A stretch of DNA of 64,000 nucleotides from Eledone cirrhosa (GCA_964016885.1 OZ024740.1:282410001-282474000), one strand, 5' to 3'; positions 13,094 to 27,814 are shown, counted from the stretch's first letter. The notes: a model not told the origin generated them from the letters alone. Numbers and translations are program-made.

Positions 13094-13596
13094 TACCTCA
13101 TTTTACTAGTCTCAAGAACGCGTCTACACGACGTGAGAAAGAATCCCAAAAGGCGGAGGGGGAGATAGTCACGCGATATAACGGTCGAGAAACAGAGCTA
13201 AGCCTCTTATAACCACGAAGAAAATACCACGGGGGCGGAGGGGGTATTCATATCGAGGCCGTAGAAGAGGTAGTGAAGAAGGCGAGAAGTATGAGTAATG
13301 GAAGCTTTCCAGTTGTCCCCACACTTCAAAGATTGCTCGACCAGAGGGAGTTATTAATATATTTAGAAACACACAGATACATGCGGACACACACATATAT
13401 ACATGAATGCATCCGCACCCAACTGTGAGTTAAGGGTGCCAACTTCACCGATGTTGCTCAATGAATGACTGGGACAGACCAATTCAGTTTGAACTAGACT
13501 GAACCAGTATCAGAGTTAAATATACATTATGAAGAGAGAAGAAACATTTAGATATAATTAGTAATAAAATGTATCATACCTAAACTGTTCCTAAAT

Positions 13597-13684
13597 TCCT
13601 CGACTACGTAGTTTCGTGGCATAAACAAAAACAATATATCAAAGATATAGAGTCCCTGCGAGGTCTGCCGACTTATCAAGAGGA
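13597..13684 (-). ncRNA. Type I hammerhead ribozyme, U3-A8 core variant (copy 3)
   Basis: Same sequence as copy 1, offset by +1182. Complete even though this unit is partial. Confidence 0.8.
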
Positions 13685-13919
13685 TACCTCATTTTACTAG
13701 TCTCAAGAACGCGTCTACACGACGTGAGAAAGAATCCCAAAAGGCGGAGGGGGAGATAGTCACGCGATATAACGGTCGAGAAACAGAGCTAAGCCTCTTA
13801 TAACCACGAAGAAAATATATATATAAATATTTATATATATATATATATATATATAAATATTTATATATATATATATATATATATATAAATATTTATATAT
13901 ATATATATATATATATAAA

Positions 13920-13955
<36 letters not shown>

Positions 13956-14317
13956 TTTACTCGTTGTTAACCCAACAATTTAAATATAACTTTCCATATA
14001 AACGTATATATATATATCTATATGAAACGTAATCTTGGTATGTTTATATCCATTTTTTCTTCTAACTTTGATTTTATACCTAATTGTGTATGGTTGACGA
14101 TATATTTAATCGATTTCCACGTGCTATTGAAATGCTGGGTAAATATTCTATAGCTGTTGATCGCGAATAGATGGCTGTCGTTTATTCATCTATTATTTCT
14201 TCATAAGTGCCTTTTAATCTTATAGCCTTGTTTAATTGTTTTTTTGTGTGGTTGATTATGATGATTGGGGGAGGAGATGGTGTATATATTTTATCAAATG
14301 ATTCTATCAGATATTTT

Positions 14318-14373
<56 letters not shown>

Positions 14374-14376
<3 letters not shown>

Positions 14377-14724
14377 AAGAAGTGTAAGTCAACAGGTTAA
14401 AATTAGCTTCGTTTAATCCTATTCGCTGCGATATATATTTCAGTGATAGCCATTAAGCAGTAAGACCTTCAACAAAAACAGGAAGACATAATATTGTAAT
14501 AGATTTTACCTTGTTAATCTATTGATATGCTCAGATCCAGAGGTCTAACACCACACTGCATTTGAGCATATCAATGGATTAACAAGATAAAATCTATTAC
14601 AGCATTATGTTTTCTTGTTCATTCTGTTCAAGTTCTTACTGCTTAATGGCTATCACTGAAATATATATAGCAGCGAATATGATTAAACGAAGCTAATTTT
14701 AACCTGTTGACTTACAATTCTTAT
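14374..14724. repeat. Foldback inverted repeat (~160-bp arms, ~25-bp loop)
   Basis: 14374-14535 is the near reverse complement of 14561-14724. Followed by a unique tail to about 14825. Flanked by (AT)n. Confidence 0.85.
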
Positions 14725-14838
14725 TTTTACATCACGCCGGAGTAAACAGACCAGCCTGCGCATTTCGTTAAGTGCTCCAACCTTCATACTGAAGTGTCGA
14801 TAAACAACTAACACATAATATATCTATATGTGTGTGTA

Positions 14839-14885
<47 letters not shown>

Positions 14886-14904
14886 CTCTCTCTCTCTGAC
14901 ACAC

Positions 14905-15015
<111 letters not shown>

Positions 15016-15120
15016 AGTTTATCCCGGGTTCAATCGGGAGTAACCACAGTTAGTAAGGTACTCAATACAAAGCAGAGTATAAATATTTAATATAGAATGG
15101 CTTCTACATGACTAGGACTG

Positions 15121-15172
<52 letters not shown>

Positions 15173-15452
15173 GAAAGGTATAGAAATTGTTTTAGTGATA
15201 ACCTCACAGTATTCCATAACATATATGCGACTATGTCGTCTAGATGGGAAAAATAGTTAACGTAAGATGTAGGAAAAATAATTCAAACTCATCTCAAAAG
15301 AGAATCAGGATATAAATTCATCCACAGAATTTAGTGAAATCCAGGGAAAAATCAATAGATAAAATAATATATATATGTATATGCATATGTATATATATAT
15401 ATGCATATGTATGCATATATATATGCATATATATGTATGCACATATATATGC

Positions 15453-15497
<45 letters not shown>

Positions 15498-16232
15498 AGA
15501 GTGTCTGTGGGGATATATGTGTGGATCTACGTATGTGTGTGTGTGTACACATATGCGTGCGCGGATTCATGTTTTTGTATGTATGTATGGGTATACACTT
15601 GTATGTGCGCGCCTGTACGCCTATGCCTGCCTGTCTACGTTGTTGATTTTCTACATCCTAAAATTATTTCTTCCTATCAATACTATTCACAATGTTTTTT
15701 CTTAACAGTGACATAGCTGCATGGTTTAATTCAATCTCATTACTGCACTAGTGCTTCGAGAATACAACGACAATTATATGGTCCGAACGTGGAAGAGCCG
15801 AACTCCCACTGTCATCGCCTCCATCTCTCTCGCCCTTCCCATCTCACCGTAACGTGGCAAATGGGGTCCCCCGTGCTGGCCTCCCCACAGTCCCGGCGGA
15901 CAAAAGCATGCAATGTCTTTACCGACTCGTAAACTAGGACTGGGTCATCCAACAGACACCTGCTTCCTGTTTACACCAAAACAAGTCTTTGACTGACCAA
16001 TACACATTCCAAAGCGCACCGACACGTGCGTACACACACACGAATCCTTAATTGCTCGCGTGCTCACGTAAATACGTACATGAATACCGGTGAATACACA
16101 CTCGCATTTCCGCCCTCAAATTACACCAAAATATACACATACACCCACATACAAAAAAATAGCGCCAATGCCTATATATATATATATATTGTCGGTCGAC
16201 ATACCACATCAAAAATATATCTTTGTCGCATC

Positions 16233-16297
16233 ACCAGTCAGAAGAGCCAATCCTGGGTAACATTGAGCCAATCCTCTGCGAAACGCGCGTAACAGGT
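16233..16297 (+). ncRNA. Degenerate hammerhead motif (U4A)
   Basis: ACCAGT-CAGAAGA-GC...GC-GAAA-CGCGCG-TA-ACAGGT. Confidence 0.5.
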
Positions 16298-16351
16298 CGA
16301 TACGTAATAAATATTTTTCATATGTGAACGAAGCTTTTTCCTCGTTTTTTC

Positions 16352-16414
<63 letters not shown>

Positions 16415-16784
16415 CTTTTCTTACAATATCAAAAGTTGATTTAATATATTTCTTCATAGTCCTGCATTGTTTGCTTTCTTGTTGCCGATTAAATTTCGCA
16501 TATATATGTTATTGCTAAACTTGAGGCACTTGCAAAGGACACTTGCTCAGTGTCGTGCTGTGGAGTTAAAAGCAAAACAATATGGTTGCAAAGCATTCAT
16601 TTAAGCTATACATGCTATAACAACATATATTTCTAACTATATGCATATAAATATATACATTCAAAAGTTATTTTACAAATATTCAATTATATTAGTGTTA
16701 CTAATTAGATAATCGATAATATTGGGAATATACTTTTTTCCTCTGTGGATTATACCAGGTAATGTTATTACCTTTCGTTTATAT

Positions 16785-17602
16785 AGGCACAAGGCCAGTA
16801 ATTTTTTTTTTTTTGGGGGGGGGGGGAGTCGGTTAAATCGACCCCAGTGCGTGACTGGTATTTTATTTTATCGACCCCATAAGGATGAAAGGCAAAGTTA
16901 ACCTCGGCGGGATTTGAGCTCAGATCATAAAGAGCCGTAACTCTATGCTGCAACGCATGGCGTCCGACCCTCTACCGATACACCAATCCACCGCCCTCTC
17001 GTTTATATCAAATAATTGTTTCTACTTTAGGCACAAGGCCAGCAATTACCCAATGCATTAATGGTACTTTATTTTATCGACCCCGTAAGGATGAAAGGCA
17101 ATGTCAACCTCGTTTATATCAAATAATGACATGAAAACTAATCTTCAAAATATTGATATTTATTGAAATTAAAATAAACTAAAATTCTCGTTTGTATATT
17201 TGTAATAAATATATATTATCAACAACAATAATTGTTTCTACTCATGGCACAAGGCCAGCAATTATCCCAGTGTATTACTGGTACTTTATTTTATCGACCC
17301 CATAAGGATGAAAGGCAAAGTTAACCTCGGCGGGATTTGAACTCAGAATGGCAAGGGCCGTAACTCTATGCGTCAAAGCATGGCGTCCGACTCTCTACCG
17401 ATACTGCCAATCCACCGCCCTTCAACAACGATAATATGTGCCAATATTAATTACAAATATAACAAGGGTGGCAGACTGGCAGTATCGGTAGAGCGTCGGA
17501 CAACATACTTTGTGGATACAGTTACGATCTTTTACGTTCCAAGTTAATCGACTTTTCCCTTCCCTTCAGATTGTTGGCCTTTTGCCAAAACTGGAAACAA
17601 TT
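16785..17602. mobile_element. Cluster of four tRNA-derived SINE copies (three minus strand, one diverged plus strand)
   Basis: A box TGGCAGTATCGG, B box GAGTTCAAATCCC, core CCGAGGTTAACTTTGCCTTTCATCCTTACGGGGTCGATAAAATAAAGTACCAG. Copies at 16785-16997, 17017-17108, 17233-17421 and 17465-17602. Confidence 0.9.
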
Positions 17603-19170
17603 AATTACAGATGTAACAGTATTACACACAGCGGCAAAAGTATATTTGCAGTATGACTCGTCATATGACGGAAGACACTCTAGTTTTGTATAAGTATAAC
17701 TTGGAAAAAATAAATTAATTCTCCTAAATATGTAAGATTTCTTGATATGGAAAACGACAATTACTCGTCAGAAAACGGGGAACGCAATATATAGTAAACT
17801 GTAACCTAAGGGAGATAATTAGGGACTTGACAAATTAACCAGCATTGGCTTTAATCCGCATGAGTTTTAAATATACATACACGGAAGGACATCATTTATT
17901 CAGGCTCACATCTATCTAACTGTCTATCTGTGTGTCTATCAGTCTGTCTATCTGTTTGCTCATCTGTGCGTCTGTCTGTGTCAATCTACATGTTAGTATA
18001 TCTCTCTATCTGTTAAACAGTCTTTCTCCCTCGCTATTTTCATGCGTATATGTAGGTATGTCTGTCTGTAAGTATGTATGGAGTTATGGCATGCATGTAT
18101 GCACGTATTTACATAGATATGATAATCTTTGCTACGAAGAACATTTGTATTGTTATATGAAAATTATAATGCAATAGCATCTTTAAAGTATCAATTAATG
18201 TTTTTCAGAAATTTATTCGATAAATTTAAATGAATTATTGACAAGACACTTATCAACATTCGACAGCTTTCTCCACATGTTTTGCTCTTAGAAGAATGTC
18301 TGTGGCTGCGTTCTTCTTTGCGTGTTCGTTTTTCTTCAGTTCAATATCGGATCTTGCTGTAGAGGTTTTATTTTCATATTCTGGATTAATTGAAACTCAA
18401 ACTCACATTGAAATTGATTTTTTAATTATAAAACAGATCGAAAAATTGCGGAAATTATGTCGGTTTCATAATATCAACAGCACCTTTTTAAAACACATTA
18501 ACAACTTTCCAACAACGATTGTAAACTTCAAAATTGTGTTCAGAACATCAATTTATCCTAAAATTATCAACACCTTTTTCACAATCCATCTCAGGTTAAT
18601 TAAACCCTTTCTTCACATATTTCTTTGCTTTCACTTCCTGTCAATTAAAATTTGTGATTAATAGTTGTGACATTTGAGTCGTAAAATAGTTTTTAACTAA
18701 TCTTGGATAACCTCTTCAGATATTATATATCATCTGTTCTGAAGAGAAAGAGGGTTTAAGGAGAGAGAACTGGTATCAAGGGGAAAACGTTAATGTTATT
18801 TTCGTTGTGAAAAATTCTTCTAAATAAATAACAGGGTGCTTCAGCATAATTAGATTTTCCCATATCGAAGGAATATGACATATGGAAGAAAATATAACGT
18901 ACAATATACTTCATAATGCCAACAATAGGCTCTAGTTTGCAATAATAATATATTGCGACTATTCTGTTTAGTTATTGATTACGTTTTATATTGTAAGAAA
19001 TAAATATTTTTTTTGTTCACAAACTCAAGCTATTTTAAGACTGGTTCAAAGGAACACACATATAACAGTTTTCATATAATATGCATTTTGTTCGACTTGA
19101 AACATGAAACCAAAAAATACATAGGAAAATAAATTAGTCAGCAAATAAAAAATATAATTCTTAAAACGTT

Positions 19171-19766
19171 TCAAGTGCTTGCAGGACCGATGTGTAGTGA
19201 AGGTTCTTTTAATCGGCAAAGTTTTTCGGTGAATTTTGAAGGCAACAGTGATTTTAGATCGTTGTATGACGGTATTCGAATAATTCGTTCCCGGGGAGCT
19301 ATGTAACGTTCAATAGCAGAAATGTCGACTTTGTTACCAATCACTACAACATATAATTGAATGCCTTTACCTAAGCTTCGTTTAGCTTCTCTAATGACGT
19401 TGAAATCGTTTATGTTTGTCACTTCATCCAAGAAAAGAAAGCCGATTCGCCGAGATGAATTCTTTGTGTCTACATTTTCCGTCTGGAAAACGTTTACTCG
19501 TAGCTTTCTAATCATTCCTGCAAAAGTATTAAACTTTAATTTGTCTATCTTCTGGATAAAAGCAGATTTTTGTGGTAAAGAACCAAGGGGAATGTCTTCT
19601 GTTGTTTCACAATCATCGTACATCATTCCTGTGCGAATGGGTGACTCCCGTCCAAGAAGTTCGATAATGTCAGCAACTACATTCACAACCTTTTCAGTTT
19701 TATTATATCCTATTAAATGATTATTGACTATGAACATCAAATCGGTTTGTTGGGTTTTGTTGCAGA
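19171..19766 (-). CDS. VWA-domain protein, last coding exon (degenerate VWA3, stop TGA)
   Basis: Acceptor TTCTCTTTTCAG|TC at 19766, phase 1, matching the 31997 donor. Encodes CNKTQQTDLMFIVNN...RIGFLFLDE...GIQLYVVVIG...IPSYNDL, a VWA fold pattern without DxSxS. Confidence 0.88.
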
Positions 19767-19865
19767 CTGAAAAGAGAATAAAGTAAACATTAATTACTTA
19801 GTAACATGAAAAGAAAAGGGAATAGGAAATGATCAGAGGCTTACGATACGGGTGATATATATTTT

Positions 19866-19904
<39 letters not shown>

Positions 19905-20374
19905 ATAAACGTGCTGCGTGGTTGCAAATGGGTTACATATGAATAAAGTTAGTCCTTCATCAGTGATCTTCCAACCATCATTGGTATTTCATCCCTTTAA
20001 AGACCATATACCTCCGGTTGGTGCGAGCAACGGCTAAAAAAAGTCGTTGGGACACATAAATAAAGGGGACACGAGAGTGTAAACAAACAAAGATGGTGAA
20101 GCAACGAAAAGTGAGGAAGAACGAGTCAAGTCCCAAACTTCCATGAATATAAGTTCGGTGAAATTGTGAACGAGAGAGAATAAAGACCATCAAACCTGGT
20201 TGGAATGTGAGCAAGGAAGGAATTCCGTACAGGTCTAACGGGAGGAAGAAGGAATCTAGTCTGTGAATTCGGTGAACATAAGTTCTGTGAAATCGTAGAC
20301 GAGAGAGAGAAAAAAAATGGTTTCTTATATATGATTAAGGGAAAAATAATAAAGAATTATATAATGATTTTTAA

Positions 20375-20558
20375 ATCAACCACAACGCCAGCAATTTATG
20401 GCGAGGTGAAAGTCGATTATGACGACCCCAGTTCTTTGCTGCTACTTTATTTTATTGTGTTGACCTGTGCGGGATTTGAACTCAGAATGTAAAGAGCCGG
20501 AACAACACTGCTAAGCAGAGGTTTGACGCTCTAACGACTCTGTCAATACACCGCCTCC
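20375..20558 (-). mobile_element. Diverged SINE copy
   Basis: B box GAGTTCAAATCCCGC and the SINE head are recognisable. Confidence 0.65.
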
Positions 20559-21861
20559 TAACGATAAAGAAAAAAATGGAATTGTCAATAAATTAGAGAC
20601 TTGCGTAATAGAATAATTGTTGATGTAGATTTGTTAATAAGAGCGACAGCAGTCAAAATATTAGCGGTAGACACTTTACATATTTATTATATGCATATTC
20701 AAATACGCATACATACATAAAGACTATACTATACGACATCAGAGCTATAATTTTAGATTTATACTTGTTATTCTTGGAACACTTGGTTATGGAACAACAC
20801 AAATATGTTTCAACACAAATATTGCAATGTCACGATTTACAAACCAAAGAGGACGCAGCTAATTAAAGCTACATCTCCTTTCATTGGCGAAATTTGATAA
20901 CATTGTATGTAAAGAACGTCATTTGATGTACCCAAATGGCTGTCATCTGCTATTAGTTTTCTCATTCATAAAAAAAAGCCTAACAACTCAAGCCAAAAAT
21001 TCCAAACACAATAGCCTGACAGAATATCATGAATGAAATGTAAAACAGAAAAGAAGAGAGTGTGGGACTGTATAAGGTAGATCCTACTCATAATTATATA
21101 GGAAATAACAATAAAGAAGGGCAGAAACTTGGCTGAAATGTGGTTGGATTACCAGGGAGTTTCCGATAGTAAACCGCATGAATGGTTTACTAAAACATCA
21201 CATTTTTCCAGAGTTCCACACCAACTGGTAGTTACAAATTAACATTTAATCTAGACATGGTATATTAGTATGCAATACGTGTGTCAAACAAGAAGAGATG
21301 TGGACATTGAAGTTAGTGGGCGATGATTTTGGAGAGGAGCTAAGAGAGAGGTTCTTGATACGGAAATAATTATGGTCAAATATTTGTTGGCGGCTCCATG
21401 AATTCGTATAATGGTGGAAGAGGCAGACATATTGGAAGGAATTCATAGGGGTAGTAACTGAGTCAGTATAATTGTGCTGATACCCAGGTAAGAACAGTAG
21501 GTGGTGTGAAGAATAAAATTTACGTATGTGCAGACACCGTCTTTCAGAGTAAGATTTAATTGAAAGGCATCACTTGGACAACAGAGATGGATTCTGCAGA
21601 GGGGCTTCAGAGAAAAAGAACGTTGGTTTTGCGAGTTAGTAAGAGATAGTGTGTAAATTGTAGGTTGTATCGGTAATCAGAGGTTCTAGAAAAATAGGAA
21701 GGTTTAGTTTTAGTTATTATCATTTAGTGTGATATAGAATGTGTTGTGATATGGTATCATTGTAACTCTATAGTCTAAGCCTAGTCCGAATTCTTGCAAT
21801 AGTGTGCCAGAATCAAACATGTGCACCCTTACACACACACACACACATATGCATAAATATA

Positions 21862-21921
<60 letters not shown>

Positions 21922-22756
21922 TGTGTGCGTGTCTGTGTGTGTGCGCGTGTATATATGTGTACACACACACATATAATAAATTCAATATATATATCTAGAG
22001 AGAGAGAGAGAGAGGGGAGAGAGGAGGAGAGAGAGTGTGAGGGAGACATAGTCAAAGGTTAATGTTCAATATTTCATTTATTACTAATCATTAGTAATTC
22101 TAACACGTGTTTCGATACAATATGTCCTACCTTAGGCCTATGAAATCTGAATTTTTTCGTAGTCACCTACTTCCTACTGCCAGGGTATACCGTAATCGCA
22201 GAGAAAATATAATTATAATTATTATTCAGCTGATTGGGAAACGAGACACTTGTGTGTGTGATACTCGGAGACACTGACCATTGGCAACATAACTTTGCTG
22301 TATTTGTATTGTTTTTGTATTTATTTTGCAATATTCGTGGTGTAAAATCATGTATTGAAACAGATATTCTTGATGAATTCATATTGTTCCATTACCGCCA
22401 TCTTGTCTTTTAGAAAAACAAGATGAAGTAAACAGAACAAGATCAACACAAAGAGGAGACAGTGGAACAAGAATATCACAGAATGAAAAGTGAAAGAGCT
22501 TTGACAATTAAATATGACAACTAAATAACCGCCCGGTTACTAAACTAACTGAAGAGTGGATTAGTTGCCTACTAATAAAACTGAAGTGAAATGCATTATG
22601 TACGTCTGTTTTTATTGGTAACGTGACCCTTCCAACGTATAAAAATATGTGCTATTTAAAAAAAATAATTGTTTAAGTTTTCCATTTAAAGAACTGTTTT
22701 TCGTTTTGTTTCCTTTCATGGCATTGTCCTTTCTTTGTTAATTTACTTAAGTTTAC

Positions 22757-22874
<118 letters not shown>

Positions 22875-22883
22875 ACACATATA

Positions 22884-23467
22884 TATAAATGGAATAGAAT
22901 GAAACGCAATTTCATGTATGTATGTATGTATACGTACATACATATATGTATTCAGACGTACAGTAGTATGTATATATATACATACATGCACACATATATA
23001 TATATATGCACGTATCGGTTTACCGAACATTTATTATAATCCTCGGTTTGTTTGTAAACAAACAAATAGCCCGAATTATGCCGTGTTTAGGCAACCACGT
23101 GACCTTTTTGTTCAACACAAGAACAATGTAGTAGTTTCAAGCTTATTAGCTATCGTCAGCATCGTATACCTTCCTGCCAGATGGTTGAACGTCTGAAAGT
23201 ATATACTTTCCTTATGCATATTAACGGCTGAGCCGCCTAATGTGCATATTGAGTGAGTTTAATCGGCCGGGCGCACCGAAAACGATAAATGGAATAGAAT
23301 GAAACGAAATTTCATTTCTCACTCTTAGTACGGCAGTTACTTAAATGTAAGTATGTATGTATCTATACGTACATACATATGATTACAGACGTACAGTAGT
23401 ATGTATATATATACATACATGGACACATATATATATGCACGTATCGGTTTACCGAACATTTATTATA
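22884..23467. repeat. Direct repeats upstream of the Penelope ORF
   Basis: 22884-23036 matches 23285-23467, with an insertion in the second copy. Confidence 0.75.
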
Positions 23468-26222
23468 GTGCATTTATTATATATACATCGGCACAAACCG
23501 ATTTTGAAAAACCGAAAATAATCAACATTTCAAATACAAACTTCTCAGCCCAACAAATTAAAATTCTCTCCAAAGGACGAAATTCAGACCAACACCGCAA
23601 TACTCTAACCTCAATGAGATAAATGACGATATCTCACACTTCTGTAGAAAATTACGTCTCACAGAGGAATTTTTTGACAAGGAGAATAACGACCAATCAA
23701 TTCTACGGAATAAAAGCAGCTACAACCCAACAAAAGGTAGAAAAAGAGTTCTGTACAAATTTGGTGACCACATATCAAATTTCCCATACCATGAACTACC
23801 GCAACCTAAACCCAAACTCAACACGAGTCGAAGGGAATGGGAGATTATCCATGAACTAATAACAATACGGACATTATAATTAAGGAAGCGGACAAGGGAA
23901 GTACTGTTGTCATTATGGATGCTGAACAATATAAAAAATCCATGTTCTCTCTCTTACAAAATACTAACTACTATGAAAGAGTAAAAAACTACCAGCAATC
24001 GAAAACGATGACCAGATTAAACACATTCATTTGTCGATACCAGGAAGACTTAACTAAAAAGGAACGCGATTATTTAACACATTTTGAATACAAACCAGCA
24101 ACCTTTACGGACTTCCGAAGATCCACAAGTGTAAAATAATTAAACATGCCTGTAAACAATCCACCTCAACCTGCGTGAACAATAACCCACAGACCTTAAA
24201 TTAAGACCAACTGTATCGGACCCACAATGTGAAACACAGAGACTAAGCAACTTTATAGACATACTACTAAAACCAATTCTCAAACGCATACCAAGCCTTG
24301 TAAGAGACGATCTGGATCTCTTAAACCACCTCCCCAAACATGTCAACAACGACACTATTATTGTGTCTTTCGATGTAGTGATTCTCTACACAACGATCCC
24401 ACACCCATACGGACTAGAAGCAATAGGATTCTGGCTAGAGAAATATCCCAATGAGATACCTGACAGAATAGAAAAAAGGTTCATCACCGAGGGATTACAA
24501 TTTATTTTACAGAATAACTTTTTTGATTTCGATGGCAGTACTTACAAGCAAATATCGGGGTCTGCGATGGGTACAAAAGCCGCTCCAACTTATGCCAACT
24601 TAGTCATGGCATACTTGGAAGTCCAGATATATGAACAGTCTAAATCAAAATACGGATTGAACTTCCACAAATATTTATCAGAGAATTGGGAACGCTACTT
24701 GGATGATTGTCTCATTCTTTGGTCTCACACACTCGACCAACTAAATGATTTCAAAAATTTAATTAACAGCATCAATAACCACATCCATTTCACAATGGAA
24801 TACAGCCAAGATCAACTCCCATTTCTGGACATCTTAATCTTAAAAAAAGACAGAAATATTGAAACTGACATACACTACAAACCAACAGATTCCAAACAAT
24901 ACCTGATATTCACCCCCAACCATCCAAAGCACACGAAGACGAGCATCCTTTTTAACCTAGCAAGAAGAATTTGCACATTTGTCTCCAATTATGAAACGCG
25001 AAATAAAAGACTTCAAGAATTAAAGGAAATTCCACTCGAAAGACAGTACCCATCATTACTAATAAATAAGGAAATAGAAAGGGCTAAAGCAATAGGCATT
25101 GATGAATTACGAAAACAGAAACAAATTCAATGTACGTCCAATATTCTATCATATATCTCACCAAACGACCCAAGAAATGCGAAAGATGACAACACTATTC
25201 ACAAGAACATCCCACTATTGAAACAAGACCCAAGAATGAAAAAAGCCCTTGAAACACAAAATAATCAAAAGCAAAAGACAACCGAAATCACTAAAAACAT
25301 TACTCACCAATGCCAAATTACCTACCACAAACCCACAACCAACTGTCAAAAGATCTGGTCTCTCTAATTGTGGAACCTGAACTCACCTCATTGAAGGCAA
25401 CACGTATACATTTCAATCAGGACAATATTTTGCTTTAAAAAAATCACTTGCTCATCAAAAAATCTACTTAATGCCATTAAATGTAAAGGATGCAATGAAG
25501 ATTATATAGGACAAACTAAACTCACACTCACAAACAGAATGACAGTTCATCGCCAACAATTACGAGCTCCAACCACGAGACAGATACCACTAAGCGCATA
25601 TCTAGACATATGCGCAAGTAATAAGACACCCAAATTCCAAGTCTTCCCATTTTATCTTTGCGCTGACAATACAACAGAACAAATACGAATAAATAAGGTA
25701 AATATGTTTATTCAAAAATATAGACCAGCATTAAATATAGCTTAATATACACTATGTCAACACCATAACATGCTAACCATCCAAACATACACATACATAC
25801 ACGCACACAGAACACCTACTTTAGAAAATAAAAACCACAACTAAATAAAACTTAACATACGTAAATACTCTAACACCTTAACATACTAACCACATCCCCA
25901 CACACACATAACTCTCTCCCCCATTTCTACTAACGGGAATCATTTTCCTACACACACACACAAAATATATATATATTCTCTCCATCTTAACATGCTAACC
26001 ATACTCCCACACACACATACACCCACACACATAACACCCCCACACACACACACATAACTCCCTCCCCCATTTTTACTAATAGAATCATTTTCCTACACAT
26101 ACACACACCAAATATATATATTCTCTTTATCTTAACATGTTAACCATAATCCCTCCACACACTTAACACCCATACACGCACACACAACTCCCTCCCCCAT
26201 TTCTACTAATAGAATCAGCTTC

Positions 26223-26298
<76 letters not shown>

Positions 26299-26612
26299 GC
26301 ACACAGATAAACATACATATCTCTACTTCCTTTATTTCAATAGAAAGTCTGAATTCTGATACCCCATCGCACCAGCCATATTCACTGAACCAGAACAATC
26401 CTCCCCATCCCATTTTCTTGACCATTATCTTTTGTTTGGCACAACATTCCCTAAAAGGCTACAAAATAAACTCCCAAATACGGGCGCAAAATTTTATGTA
26501 CTTGTTCACGTGACAGCAATAATTTCATTATAACCAATCAAATTACATTTCAGCACATCAGTCATACTCAGAACAACTCTCTCCATCCCTTTTTCTTGAC
26601 CATTATCTTTTG

Positions 26613-26734
26613 CTTTCCATTCTGAGTTCAAATCCCGCCGAGGTTAACTTTGCCTTTCATCCTTACGGGGTCGATAAAATAAAGTTCCAGTAATGCACTG
26701 AGTAATTTCTGGCCTTGTGCCAAAAGTAGAAACA
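26613..26734 (+). mobile_element. 5'-truncated SINE inserted in the PLE 3' region
   Basis: B box, core and tail present. Flanked by an ATTATCTTTTG duplication. Confidence 0.8.
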
Positions 26735-27193
26735 ATTATCTTTTGTTTGACACAAAATTCTCTAAATGGCTATAAAAAATTCCAGAATACGGGCGCGAAA
26801 TTTAATATACTTGTTCACGTGACAATCATAATTTCATTTATAACCAATCAAATTACATTTATTAAAAAAATCCTTCATGAGCCTCCTTTTTTTAAGTAAA
26901 AAGAAATTCAAACACAAACTGGCGCGAAAGCTGATGTGCTTATTCACGTGACTGCATCAACCAACCAAACTTCACTCATATATGAAAAAACAACCTGAGC
27001 CCCACCTTTGATTGAAGAACTTTGTAACGCGAACTGGCGCGAAATGTATTATACTTATTCACCAACCAACCAACCAACCTAATTACTTCTCTAAAAACCT
27101 GGCATTTACAACCACTTTTTTCCATATAAAACAGAAGTAACATTCAAAGACCAACCAGATGTGAGAAAAACCCCAAACCCTCCATCTCAATTC

Positions 27194-27233
27194 TACTTTT
27201 GAAAGGCAGAAGAACTGCGAAACCGGTAAAGGA
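27194..27233 (+). ncRNA. Minimal hammerhead-like motif at the PLE 3' end (U3-A8, A9G)
   Basis: TACTT-TTGAAAG-GCAG-AAGAA-CTGC-GAAA-CCGG-TA-AAGGA. Confidence 0.55.
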
Positions 27234-27367
27234 ACCAAATAAATATATATTTAAAAAAAAAAAGACTCCAGTTGCATTTTCGATTTCATCTTTTTTCCTT
27301 ATACTTTCATCTCGGTTATTTTTCATTTTGTAAAAAAAACCTCACTTTCTAATATATATATATACGG

Positions 27368-27695
27368 ATGGCGTCCGACCCTCTACCGATACTGCCAATC
27401 CCTCGCATTAATGTAATATGTAATATAATATAGTTCAGTATGGTACATTGTATATAGTATAGTGTAGCGCATGATGCATCATAAAATATAAAATAGTAAA
27501 TCTTTTCAAGTGGGTCTATGTATAAATAATCAATCCCAGATAAATGCATGTTGACATATAGCCAAAATGCATAATTTTCTGAGATCACGAAAGTACATAT
27601 ACTCACATATATAGATAGAGGTATAATTACATAGATACATTAAAAACATACATTTTTATTTCATGCAGACTAGACTCCACAACTAACCGTGGATA

Positions 27696-27780
<85 letters not shown>

Positions 27781-27814
27781 ATATATATATAAAAATATAT
27801 ATAAATATATATAT

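Larger units (their letters stand above)
23480..27345 (+). mobile_element. Near full-length Penelope-like retroelement (RT + GIY-YIG), frameshifted, with repetitive 3' pLTR
   Basis: IKEADKGSTVVIM; RT motifs SFDVVILYTTIP, YKQISGSAMGTKAAPTYANL, RYLDD, LPFLDI; GIY-YIG region CKGCNEDYIGQT...RMTVHRQQ...FIQKYRPALN (stop at 25745). HHR-like motif at 27194-27233. Confidence 0.92.

Noticed and set aside
12578-13396. Duplicated 75-aa ORF in the 591-bp repeat
   Set aside because: It starts in a microsatellite and has no recognisable domain; it is a by-product of the tandem duplication.
14600-14680. GAAA-TATATA-TA half-motif in the foldback repeat
   Set aside because: No recognisable CUGANGA or UUGANAA core in either arm.
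18296-18661. 121-aa plus-strand ORF
   Set aside because: No domain signal or splice context; it lies antisense to the probable 3' UTR.
19361-19720. Plus-strand ORF overlapping the VWA3 exon
   Set aside because: Antisense shadow of a real exon.
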